A DNA stretch of 64,000 nt, taken from assembly GCF_018350175.1 (NCBI RefSeq), contig NC_058368.1:153514001-153578000 (forward strand). Reading direction: 5' to 3'. Under the pieces are notes generated by a model, which did not search any database, was not told the origin of the DNA, and saw only the letters and a list, made by a program, of their open reading frames with translations. Position numbers and translations under genes: made by a program. This DNA comes from Felis catus (lineage: Eukaryota). Shown here piece by piece: positions 53,500 through 64,000 of the stretch (position 1 is its first letter; each line of letters starts with the position of its first letter).

Positions 53500-54606
53500 T
53501 GGAGGACCCAGAGGACATAGCATCAAAACAAAGAATTACTTGCAGGCCTTAAAGCCAAATAAGATTTTCTCTGCTGGATTTTGGACTTCTTTGGGAGCTG
53601 TGACCCTTTTGTGCCTTCCAGTTTCTCCCTTTTGGAATAAAAATATCTTATGCTTGTCTCATCATTGTATTTTGGGAAAGGATAGTTGGTTTTTACATTT
53701 CACAGGTTCACAGATGGAGCGAAATTTTGCTTCAGGATGGGCAATACTCAGAGTCTCACCTGTAGCTGATTCAGATGATTTATTGATTTATTTTTTTATT
53801 TTAGAGAGAGAGAGAGAGCTCATGAATGGTAGAAGGGCAGAGGAAGAGAGAGAGAATCCCAAGAAGGCTGCACACTCAGTGCAGAGCATGATGCACAACT
53901 CAATCCCCTGACCCTAGGATAATGACCTGAGCTGAAATCAAGAGTTGGAAGCTCACGTGACTGAGCCACCCAGATGTTCCTGAATCAGATGATTTTGTTG
54001 AGCAGATATAGAATTCTTTGTTTTGGTTTTTAGATGAGATACTTGTATTTAGAGTTAATACTAGAATGGTTTAAGACTGTTGAAGATACGAAATGAGGTG
54101 AGTGTTTTCTTTTTTATTACAGGACAGATACAACTTTGGGGGGCCAAAGGTGGACTATACTGGATTGAATGGTGTCCCTCCAAATTCACGTCTACCCAGA
54201 ACCTCAGAATGTAATCATTTAGAAATAGTGTCTTTGCAGATGTAATTTGTTAAGATGGGGTCATACTGAATTAGGATGGACCCTTAGTCCAAAGACTGGC
54301 ATTCTTATAAAATGACCATGTGAAGACACAGACACACACATAAACACAGAAGAGAAGGTCCTGTGAAGGAGGTGGACATTGGAGGGAAACATCTATAATC
54401 CAGGGAATGCCAAGGATTCCTAGAAACCACCAACAGCAGAGAGAGGGAAGAAGGATTCTTCCCTAGTGTCTTCAGAGGGTGCCTAGCCCAAATGATATTT
54501 TCATTTTTTACTCCTAGACTCCATAACCTTGGAAGAATAAATTTCTCTTATTTTAAGCCACCCACCTTGTAGTGTTTTGTCATGGCAGCCCTCTGGAACT
54601 AATGCA
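53500..54606 (+). mobile_element. MaLR internal 3' segment plus MLT1 3' LTR (LTR ~54158-54606)
   Basis: Internal: attacttgcaggccttaaagccaaat...ttcacaggttcacagatggag. PPT-like ttgggggccaaaggtggac. LTR: tggattgaatggtgtccctccaaattcacg...ggcagccctctggaactaatgca. Confidence 0.85.
53785..53980 (-). mobile_element. Older Can-SINE in the MaLR internal segment
   Basis: TSD tgattcagatgattt/tgaatcagatgattt. Confidence 0.9.
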
Positions 54607-55062
54607 GTTTTGTACTCAGACATGTCAGGAATGACCAGGCAGACAGAAACTGGAACTACTAGTCCTTTTAGAACACATAGATGTAAGACAATCATGCACT
54701 TAGATGCCAAATGCAGCATTGATGACTAAAGTCATACTGTAGTATTGCTAGCAAGTTACTAGGTTTACATATAAAGTGTACACACTTTCCACTATTTAAG
54801 GAATTAGGTTATTACAACATAGTACTTAGGACCCAGGACCTAATGTAAAAGAATTTCCCCAAGGACCTCTACCAAATACATGGTCATCAGGTAACCTCTA
54901 GTCAGCTGCAGGTATCTCCTCTGTGTATGCCTAAATATGACTTCTCAATTTGTTGCTGCTAAATCCACTAGATACTAAAAATTTTCTGTTATGTTTTCAT
55001 ATAGTCTGTGCACAGTTTGTTATCATGTATACTTTATCCATAGGCAAAAACACTTAAGACTG

Positions 55063-55185
55063 AGGTGGCATCTGGCTGACTCAGTCGGTTAACTGTCCAA
55101 CTCTTGGTTTTGGATCAGATCATGATCTCAGTTTTGTGGATTCAAGCCCCACATCAAGCTCTACACTGATAGCATGGAGACTGGG

Positions 55186-55243
<58 letters not shown>

Positions 55244-55357
55244 CCTCCCTCCCTCCCTCCCTCTCCCCCTCTCTGCCCCCCTTCGCTCTCTGCCCCTCCC
55301 CCGCTCGTGCTGTCTGTCTCTCAAAATAAATAAACTTTAAAAAATTAAAAAAAAAAC
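55063..55357 (+). mobile_element. Can-SINE with expanded (CT)n/(CCCT)n tract (55187-55270)
   Basis: Can-SINE head, long polypyrimidine repeat and A-tail. Confidence 0.9.
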
Positions 55358-56112
55358 CCTGAAATCTAAAAATAGAAAAGGAAATAAGTATATATGTGCA
55401 AAGGACAGAAGTAGTTGAACGTTTCTTATAAGCAGATGTTATGGAGCAGATATGATTGAAAATTTCTTTTAATAATACTCTGAAGCTAACCAATCAACAA
55501 AAGTTAAGTTAGAGAGGACTCATTCTTCCTTTTTTCTGTTTACTGTTTTGAGATAAATCATTATTTCACTTCAAGACTTACCAGAGGCATTGTTTCCTCT
55601 AGGATGCTATCTTTGAACTCCAAGTCCAGATATTTGTCCACAGCTAGTTGCTAGATCCCCAGTGCTTTTTCAGATCTTTTATTGTAGTGTAATAATTTGT
55701 TTATGTGATTGTCTTCTCTACTTGACTATCAACCCCTAAAGAAAGTTCATTGGACTAGATAGGTTGCATTTTCTCCAGGACTGAACAGTCTTTATCTTTA
55801 AAAACAGCTTTGACAGTTTAATGGACATACAGTAAAATGCATATATTTCAAGTGTACAATCTGATAAGTTTTGACATATATGTATGCCCATCGGGCCATC
55901 ATCATAACGAGAGTGAACTTGGTCATCACCCCCCCCCCCCCTTCCCCAAGTGTCCTTGTACGGATGAGATGGATTTAAATGAAACTTTAGAAGAGATACT
56001 GATTGTAGAGAACTTAAAATATTCTGGATAAAAATGTCAGTGGGGGAAGTTTATGTAATTTGTAGCAGTTAGATCACAACCTTCCAGGCAGGATATGAGA
56101 TAGCCTTTTTAT

Positions 56113-56312
56113 TACTTTTTTTCTTTTTTTAGAGAGAGGGAAAGAGGGAACACAAGTGGGGTAGAGGGGCAGAGAGAGAAAAAGGAAGAATCTTAAGTAG
56201 GCTCTATGCCCAGTGTGGACCCCAACCAGGGCTTGATCCCACGACCTTGGGGTTATGACCTGAGCTGAAAGAGGAGTTAGACGCTCAACAGACTAAGCCA
56301 TCCAGGTGCCCC
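56113..56312 (-). mobile_element. Older Can-SINE
   Basis: agaatcttaagtaggctctatgcccagtgtgg...aagccatccaggtgcccc. Confidence 0.9.
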
Positions 56313-58679
56313 TGGAAATGTCTTTTTAAGATAACTCTGGCCTATTGAAATCCTCTCCCTGCATCACATCTGCTCAAGAAATGGTGCCTTGGGTTTGATG
56401 TTAACCTTAGTGAGTTTGGAACTCAGTAAAAACCAATAAAAGCTAATACTGTAGGTCATTAATTCTAGGTTTATATTTTAATTCCTTGAAATGAGGATTC
56501 ATCTTGCAATCAGTAATGTGTCATGATGTAATTAGCATTTTCTTTTAAACGGTATATAAAGTAATAGTGAATCTTAATATTCATTTTATCTCCTATTATA
56601 CAAAATCTGCTTCTTTGTGGTTAAAGGATCAGAGACAGAATGCCTATTATATTTTCTCTAAGTTTACAGTTTCCTACTAAGCCATTCATGGTTCTGGTTT
56701 TTTGTGTAGTCTCCTGAGGTTTGAATTGTGGGCCTGTTGCCATAGGACTCAGCGAGAGTCAGTTGGAAAGATACAGGAAAATGAAAAGCCCTTTGATGTT
56801 AAGATAACCTGATGTAGCTATGAGATGTTACTCTTCAAAAATAATTAAAACCATTTTTGAAATTTGTACAAATCATTGTGTAAAGAAAGACTTGTTTTAG
56901 GGCCCTACCCAAAAAAGTAACAGAAAGAAGGACTGACTAATCAAAGGGCAGGAAGGAGAATGTGGAAAATAAACCTTATTGTAAATTTAATCTGGACTCA
57001 CCCTGTCAAATTAGAGGTATAGATCAGAAGTTTTATACTGTTGTTATTGTTGAGTTTGTGTCTTTGGGGATGCTGCTCACTGGGTATATTCACACACTGG
57101 GTGTGTTGCCTGGCAAGTTCCAAACACTGTTGTAATTTAAATGAAAAGCCGGTAGTAAAGAAGGGATATTGATTACATGACAGGCTGTCCTGATGGTGTC
57201 AAGATGGAACGTATTGTGTTTGTATTAATCACAACCTGGGGTTTTTTGTCTTGTTCTTTGGGATTAGAAATGTGCTTTTATTGGACATGAAGAGTACATC
57301 TATTTCTCAGGATCAGAGTCATTTTTACCAGGGACCTAGGACCAAATTGTTAAAGAACAATGAGAAGTAAGACTGTCAAGTGGCCCGACCAGCATATTCT
57401 CTTATTTTAGGTAGAGCTACACGGAAAACTAAATTACAATCAGAAGACCACTTGATGAGGACAGAATCATCAAGGTTAATAGTGTGATAAATAACAGAAA
57501 CAGAGTGCATAAATTAGTGGTTGAGGGTACCCTCTCTCTGTGTCACGCTTGTTCAAAACCAGTCTCTAGTATTTAAGCTTTGTTTATTTGTGGTTCAAAA
57601 TTGACCATCTCTCTACTATTTATTTCCACAGTTGACTCAATTATCATTATATGCCTGTCTTAACTGCTATGTTTATGTACCAAACTCTCAGTCATATATC
57701 ACAGACAATATCTTATCTGAGTTAATATTTTGGTTTACTCTTGCATTTGAATAACCGCTTCTGTGTGATTTGTGACTTTTTAGGTTTATATGTTTGTATG
57801 TATTTGAAATTTTAATAGTTTATCTTTTAAATTATGATCTAATTCTTGAATAGGGAGATTCTTTGTCATTGCCTTCATGCACTATCATAGATAGCAGATT
57901 TCAAAGTACCTCCAAATATTTTAGGACTTTGGAAGGGTTTCTGGGTTCTGGGTAGGCCATGTGAAAAAGGGAGATTGAAGAGGGTCAAAAACATTGGTTT
58001 TGGCAGTTTCCTTGAAGCAAGTTTCAGTGTTCAGGTACAATCAGAGTTGGCTTAAAAGTAAGGTGGATACATCAAGCCTTTCTTGAATATCCATATTTCC
58101 TCCATTATAGTCACTCTGACAGACTTATTAATCTCTTTATCTTCCTTTTTTGTTTCACTTTTTTCTCCTATCAATAATGGAGAATGATTCTCAATTCATG
58201 CAAATGAATATTACTATACAGATAAGTGTAGCTGACAGTCACTGAATGCTAATTTTATTATTCACATTTAGCATGTGCATAAATTAAGTCGTGTTGTTCA
58301 AGTTTCTTTATGCAATTGTTATGAAATGAATAGTTCTTAAGCTAAAGTCATTCTCTTACTAACTTTGTTTTTACACTTCTTTATAAATATACCTATGAAG
58401 ATTATTTCCCTTTCCTATTTTTTAGAAAGGAAGAATTATAAGTAGAAAGTTAACAATGGGAAGGATGTGCGTTCATTTGCATGAAATTATTGTTAAGGAC
58501 AAAATTACTATACAAGTATTATAATGTTGAGATTGCATGCAGTACATAATAATTATGTTATTATACTTTAAATCTTCTATTGGTCAGAATTGTCAGTTTA
58601 TAAGAGTAACCTTTGAGGAAAAATGAATTAAAGGAAATGGGTAGAGAACAAACCAATGAGAAATCTTACTGGGGAGGTA

Positions 58680-59108
58680 GTGGTATGGTAGAGACTGATG
58701 AGCTTTTAACTAAACCATATTTTCTCTTCTTGACCCATAGTTAAACCACATTTCCCAGTTTCCTTTGCACTCAGGTATAGCCTGAGTGTTGATTATCTAT
58801 CCATTGTCATGAGAGTAGAAGTGACAAGCTCCATTTTCAGGTTTGGCTTGTGGAACTCTGACATAATCTTCCAACCTCTTCTTCTATCATTTTGGCAGAC
58901 CTTGTCCCAGTGGCCTGGGAAACCACATTTTAGGTATATGGGGTCACAGAAAGGAGGAATTCGGACTTCCTGCATTGCTGTTGAGATGAAAGTCCTTGAT
59001 ACTCATAAGAAAAAATAAATTGGTTTTATATGACCAAGAAATAAACTATTGTGTTTGAGCCATCCTGCATTTTTGAGTTTGTTAGCTAGTATTACCTTAA
59101 CTAATATA
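58680..59108 (+). mobile_element. Diverged MLT1-type MaLR LTR
   Basis: acatttcccagtttcctttgcactcagg...gagtagaagtgacaagctccattttcagg...ataaactattgtgtttgagcca...accttaactaatata. Confidence 0.7.
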
Positions 59109-59611
59109 ACTGGAAGCAAAGAATTTCTTGATAATCCTTTCATAATTTTTAGTATGCTATTTTTAATCCATCAAAACTACATAACCTTAAAAAGATATCA
59201 TTATGCTTTTAAAAAAATTCAGGAAGGGCTTTATTGAAATGACACAAGTAGTATAGTTAGTAGGGACTCAGTTATTAGTAGGTGACCATAAAAATCAGGA
59301 AATCCTTGACATGCAAGGGGGCTTTAAAGTTGTGGGGAAACAAAAGTCATGTCTTTATTTTTACTATACACATTGACTTCTAAGGAGGAAAAAAGTCTCA
59401 GACACCAATGAGAAACATGTTGGTATCTTCATTGTTGGTGTTGTGTTTGGATTGTATGTGTTTTGTTCATGTTCAGCAGTATGGGCGAGATATCCTTCCT
59501 TCCATTGAAGTATGCTAGGCAAGCACAGGATGATTGGGATACAGCCACTTTGAGGCAAACACACTTTATACCTTCAAAGAATGAGTTTATCGTTAAGAAA
59601 ATGACCCCATA

Positions 59612-59836
59612 GGGGCGCCTGGGTGGCGCAGTCGGTTAAGCGTCCGACTTCAGCCAGGTCACGTTCTCGCGGTCCGTGAGTTCGAGCCCCGCGTCGGGCT
59701 CTGGGCTGATGGCTCAGAGCCTAGAGCCTGTTTCCGATTCTGTGTCTCCCTCTCTCTCTGCCCCTCCCCCGTTCATGCTCTGTCTCTCTCTGTCCCAAAA
59801 ATAAATAAATGTTGAAAAAAAAATTAAAAAAAAAAA
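59612..59836 (+). mobile_element. Young SINEC_Fc1-type Can-SINE
   Basis: Near-consensus and CpG-rich, with intact Pol III A box (tggcgcagtcgg) and B box (gttcgagcc). Perfect TSD aagaaaatgaccccata at 59595-59611 and 59837-59853. Confidence 0.97.
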
Positions 59837-59859
59837 AAGAAAATGACCCCATAATTGAC

Positions 59860-60720
59860 TAATTACATGTTTAACGTGCTGTAAAGAATTACATAGTACT
59901 AAGTGAATGTATTATGAGGGATTCTACTCAAAAAAGGGGGTTGGGGTAACAAGAGGGGTCTCCTATGAGAAAGTAATGTAGAAGCTGAGAACTCAAATTT
60001 GAGTATGACCTATCAAGGTAAGGAAGTGAGGCAAGTGGGCAAGGGATATTCAAGGAATCAGGAAAGCAGAAGAATAGGAGAACAGAAATTATGCACTGGG
60101 AGGGTATGATGAAAGACTGAAGAAGGAGAGAAGCATTGGATGTGGCAAGGGCTTCCTTAGTTATGTTGAGGAGTTGAACTGTATATTAACAGTCACAGGA
60201 TACTGTGTGTTTTTGAGCAGATTGACAGAAAGATATTCGTAATTTAAAGTGATCATTCAGTTTCTAGTATGGTGAAGGATTTAAAGAAAGGAAATAATGA
60301 CATGTGGAGTGTAGTTGGGAATTGAGGTCAGTAGTCCACCTGAGAGATGATGGGGATTTGTACTAGGGTAATGGCAGTATACATGGAGAACTGAGGACCA
60401 ATTTCAAAGATCTTTAGGAGGAAGAATTGTCAGCATTTTGTGATTAATTGGATTTGAGGGTGAGAGCAGAGTCAAGGATAACTTCCTGGTTGCTGAGTTA
60501 TGTCATTGGGTAGATGACATGTTATTTTACCAAAATAGGGAACGTTGACAAAAATATAGGAGGAAGGATAATGAGTTTATTTTTGGACATGTTGAGTTTG
60601 GACCTCTAAAAGAGTCAAGTGGCTTATTTAAGTATTTATATACTTACCTAATTTGTGTCCATAATTAAGTAGTTGGATTAAGGGTCTGAGATTTAGAAGA
60701 CAGATCTGGGTTGGAGAAAA
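59860..60720 (-). mobile_element. L2 relic
   Basis: gtccacctgagagatgatgg...gagtcaaggataacttcctgg...tttttggacatgttgagtttg...agatctgggttggaga. Confidence 0.75.
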
Positions 60721-60804
60721 TGTTAGAATTTAATGTTCCTTAGAAATGCTTTTGTTCAAACCAGTTTTTAGCTTTTTTTTTCTTTTTCTTTCTTTTTCTT
60801 TTTT

Positions 60805-61160
60805 ACATTTGTGGAGGCTGTAAGTCTAAAATCAAGGTGTCAGCAGAGCCATGCTCACTCTAAAACCTATAGACAAGGAGGTTTTTTTTGACTTTCCCAG
60901 CTTCTGGTGTCCTCAGGAATTCCTTGGCTTATAGCAGCAAACTTATCTCTGCCACTAGTCTTTGCCAAAACATGGCTGTCTTCTACCTTTGTGTTTTTAT
61001 AGTTTTAGATGATACACCTCTATCTGCATCTGTCTCCTCTTCTACGGATACCATTCCTATTGGATTAAGGACACACCTGTTCTAGTATGACCTCATCTTA
61101 ACTAATTACATCTGCAATGACCCTTTTTCCAAATAAGATCACATTTTGAGGCACTAGGCA
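60805..61160 (-). mobile_element. MLT1-type MaLR LTR fragment
   Basis: aagtctaaaatcaaggtgtcagcagagccatgc...tagtatgacctcatcttaactaattacatctgcaatgacccttttttccaaataag. Confidence 0.85.
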
Positions 61161-61649
61161 ACCCCATTATTTTATAGATGGAGGAAATTATTCTTAGCAG
61201 CATGTATTCATAGAATGCTTTATTGTTTCCGTAGCACTTTATATGATCTCTTTTATTCCTTAACACTTATCTGAGGAATTATTGTCTCCATATTCGTAAT
61301 TGAGAAATCTAAGACTTGAGGTCAACGTTTTTAAGGCTTCTTACTACTTTGAAGATATGAACCCTTCTGCAGAGGATTAAAGTGACTTGCAAATATAGGG
61401 GCAGGTAAAGATATTGCAAGAGCAAGGACCGAGGTTTGGCTCGTCTTGCAAGGTCATTTGCTTCATGGCGTTTTTATCAGAAAGTCTTGATGAAATTGCC
61501 GAGTAGAGCTAGAGCAAAATAATGGAACTTGTTAATCTGCTCTTGAGACAAAATAACCTCACTCTAATTCATGGGACATGTCTAATAGGAGTGCCAGCCT
61601 TCAGAGCTACTTTCCCATTGATGAAAAGAGTAAGTGGTGTGTTTTAATC

Positions 61650-62021
61650 TCTCCAGCAGTTTTAACATAATAGCATAAACTAGGTGGCTTATGAACAACA
61701 GGAGTTTATTTATTTTTTCCACTTCCAGAGGCTGGGAAGTCTAAGATAAAGATGTAGGCATATTTGGTGTCTTGTGAAGATCTGCTTCCTGGTTCATAGA
61801 TGCCATATTCTTTCTGGGTCCTTATATGTTGGAGAGGGCAAGGACACACTCTGAGTCTCTTTTATAAGGGCACTATTCCCACTCATGAGGGTTCCACCTT
61901 CAAGACTTAATCACTTTCTAAAGGTCCCACCTTCAAACACTATCACACTGGGTGTTAGGAATTAACATACAAATTTTGGGGCTGGTGTGGCAGGGGAGCT
62001 ACAAACATTCAATCTATAGCA
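61650..62021 (-). mobile_element. MLT1A-like MaLR LTR
   Basis: aaactaggtggcttatgaacaacagg...ctcttttataagggcactattcccactcatgaggg...acaaacattcaatctatagca. Confidence 0.85.
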
Positions 62022-62149
62022 AGGTAGAGATAAGTACAGAAGCTTCCTTTCACAAGAGTAGAAGACTCAGCTGGAATTCTCTTCTCTGTAATCCAAAATG
62101 AAGATGTGAGGGAGAGTTCGCCCCTGTAACAGTGTCTCTAAATTATAGA

Positions 62150-62375
62150 ATCAAGTACTTAACTTTCATATCTAGAAAGTGGAATCAGGATGGAATATCT
62201 TTAAACTTAAATATTAGAGGGAAAGGAATAACTCTTTAAAATTATTATAACAAGTAGTTGTGGGCTTTTTGTCCCTGAAGACCTTGAAAATAGCAAAGTC
62301 CTTATACTGCTGAAGGCAAAGGGATGAGCTAGGGAATCCTTTGAGAATTGGTTCTGCCCAGTGATGCTAAGATTG
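62150..62375 (+). mobile_element. L3/CR1-like 3' relic
   Basis: gtagttgtgggctttttgtccctgaagaccttgaaaat...ctgctgaaggcaaagggatg...gtgatgctaagatt. Confidence 0.45.
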
Positions 62376-62706
62376 TACACTATTGTGTTGAGATTTACAA
62401 GTGTAATGTAAACACTGTAATTGCTTATTATTTTTGCTATTTTAAGTGGCTACCAGTAGAAAAAAATTTGTACTATCTGAATAATCTGGAATTTCTAAAA
62501 TTGTTTCATTTTCTTGAATGTTAACAGCCCTATTTTAGTATTTAAATTTAAAACTCTTGAACTTATCCAATCAAGAACCATTGGCCTTTGAATGTAAACT
62601 AGAATCCATTTTACCCAATAGTAGCATTGATATTTATATTCTTAAAGAATCATAGTTAGGCTCAGATATGTTGAGGAGTCTCACTTAGAAAAAAAAATAA
62701 GGAAGT

Positions 62707-62950
62707 GGGGCGCCTGGGTGGGTGGCTTAGTCGGTGGAGCGTCCAACTTCAGCTCAGGTCATGATCTCGCAGTCTGTGAGTTCCAGCCCCGCGTCGGGCT
62801 CTGTGCTGACAGCTCAGAGCCTGGAGCCTGCTTCGGATTCTGTGTCTCCCTCTCTCTCTGTCCCTCCCCTGCTCATGCTCTGTCTCTCTCTCTCTCTCTC
62901 TCTCAAAAATAAATAAACTTTAAAAAAAATTAAAAAACAGAAAAAAAAAG
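62707..62950 (+). mobile_element. SINEC_Fc (low divergence)
   Basis: ggggcgcctgggtgggtggcttagtcgg...caaaaataaataaactttaaaaaaa with A-rich TSD ending aaggaag. Confidence 0.95.
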
Positions 62951-63814
62951 GAAGCATCTATGAAAAGAAACAGATTAAAAGCATCTTTGAAAAGCTCATG
63001 TCATTCAGCAAGTCTTAGTTTATTTGAAGAAGCAACTATAAGCTTCAGAAATTCACTCATACTCAGTGACTATGGTGTTATCAGAGAGATAATTGTACAA
63101 GATCTTATTGAGATAGTATCTTTATTGGAAGTTATTAGAGACTTCTCTAGCCTGATTATATGTGTTAAGTCTAACGGTGATTTAACAATTCTAATCCTAG
63201 CACAAGTGAGTGACCAGGACATATCAGCAAGTTCTTAAATCTTTTGAATCATCAAGGGACATTGAAATACGTTTCTCTTGCCACGCCTCTTCTTTTTAGC
63301 AAGAAGAAAATACATTCTATACCAATTAGCCTTAGGTAGGGTTCATCATTGGTTTATTGCATATTTCCCCACTGTTTTTTGATCCTAATTTTACTAGAAA
63401 CGATGGTCCTTAAATAGTAAAACTGTCATTATGTTATATGTGGATTTAGGAAAATCACCAAAATTAACTTGGCTCTGTTAGATTTCAAGCGCTTAGTGAC
63501 TGTATAATGAAAGGCAAGGGAAATTTTGGAAAAAATTAAAAACACACTCAAAACTGATATTGTAATTTCTAAGGCTATAGAATGATACTCTTATGAAATA
63601 CATGATGCTAAAATACTGAAATTGGAAAGAATTGTTAGTAGATTTTTTGAGGTTATTAAAACTATTAAAAATGCAACTAATCAGTTTCAGAGTCGGAAGT
63701 ACTGGTAAAATTGGTATGATGCCAGGAAAAGCATGCTTCTTGTAAAAGTTCTTTTGGTAAAGCAAGTGAAGGGAGGCATTAAGTTTTTAGTATAGAGTCT
63801 CAGCCTTTAGTAGG

Positions 63815-63985
63815 CAAAATAATTACTGGATGCGTTTATACAAGTTAGAGATTTTGGCTTAATTTCCTCCCTCCACCCAGAGTTTCAGATTCTCTAGGTC
63901 TTGGGTGGTTGCTTGGGACTGTGCCTTTTTAAAAACGAAGCATCCTTACATAATCCTAATGCAGGTGGACATGAGACTGCTTTAG
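63815..63985. mobile_element. MER5-like hAT-Charlie relic
   Basis: ccacccagagtttcagattctctaggtcttgggtgg...aatcctaatgcaggtggac. Confidence 0.55.
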
Positions 63986-64000
63986 TACTATTAAAAGTCA

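Noticed and set aside
59612..59700. tRNA genes at SINE heads
   Set aside because: The A and B boxes belong to tRNA-derived Can-SINEs, which do not form a complete tRNA cloverleaf.

Overview
This is mammalian genomic DNA from a felid (cat family), judged by about 30 Can-SINE (SINEC_Fc-type) copies and carnivore L1 3' ends. It is AT-rich, repeat-dense and essentially non-coding, and I can support no intact protein-coding gene. The one gene-derived feature is a full-length processed pseudogene of HNRNPK on the minus strand (~40285-43436). It retains 5'UTR, an intronless frameshifted CDS, a long 3'UTR, a poly(A) remnant and a candidate TSD, sits inside an old L1, and was later hit by two SINE insertions. 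The rest is L1 fragments, SINEs, MaLR/ERVL LTRs, MIR/L2/L3 relics, DNA-transposon fossils (Kanga/Tc2-like, MER20, MADE2, MER5-like) and microsatellites. Retroelements are strongly biased to the minus strand, suggesting a long intron of a plus-strand gene. A few repeat-free islands carry candidate enhancers or microexons, which are unproven. I found no convincing novel biological system. Repeat family names come from my recall of consensus sequences rather than a search, and boundaries are approximate.
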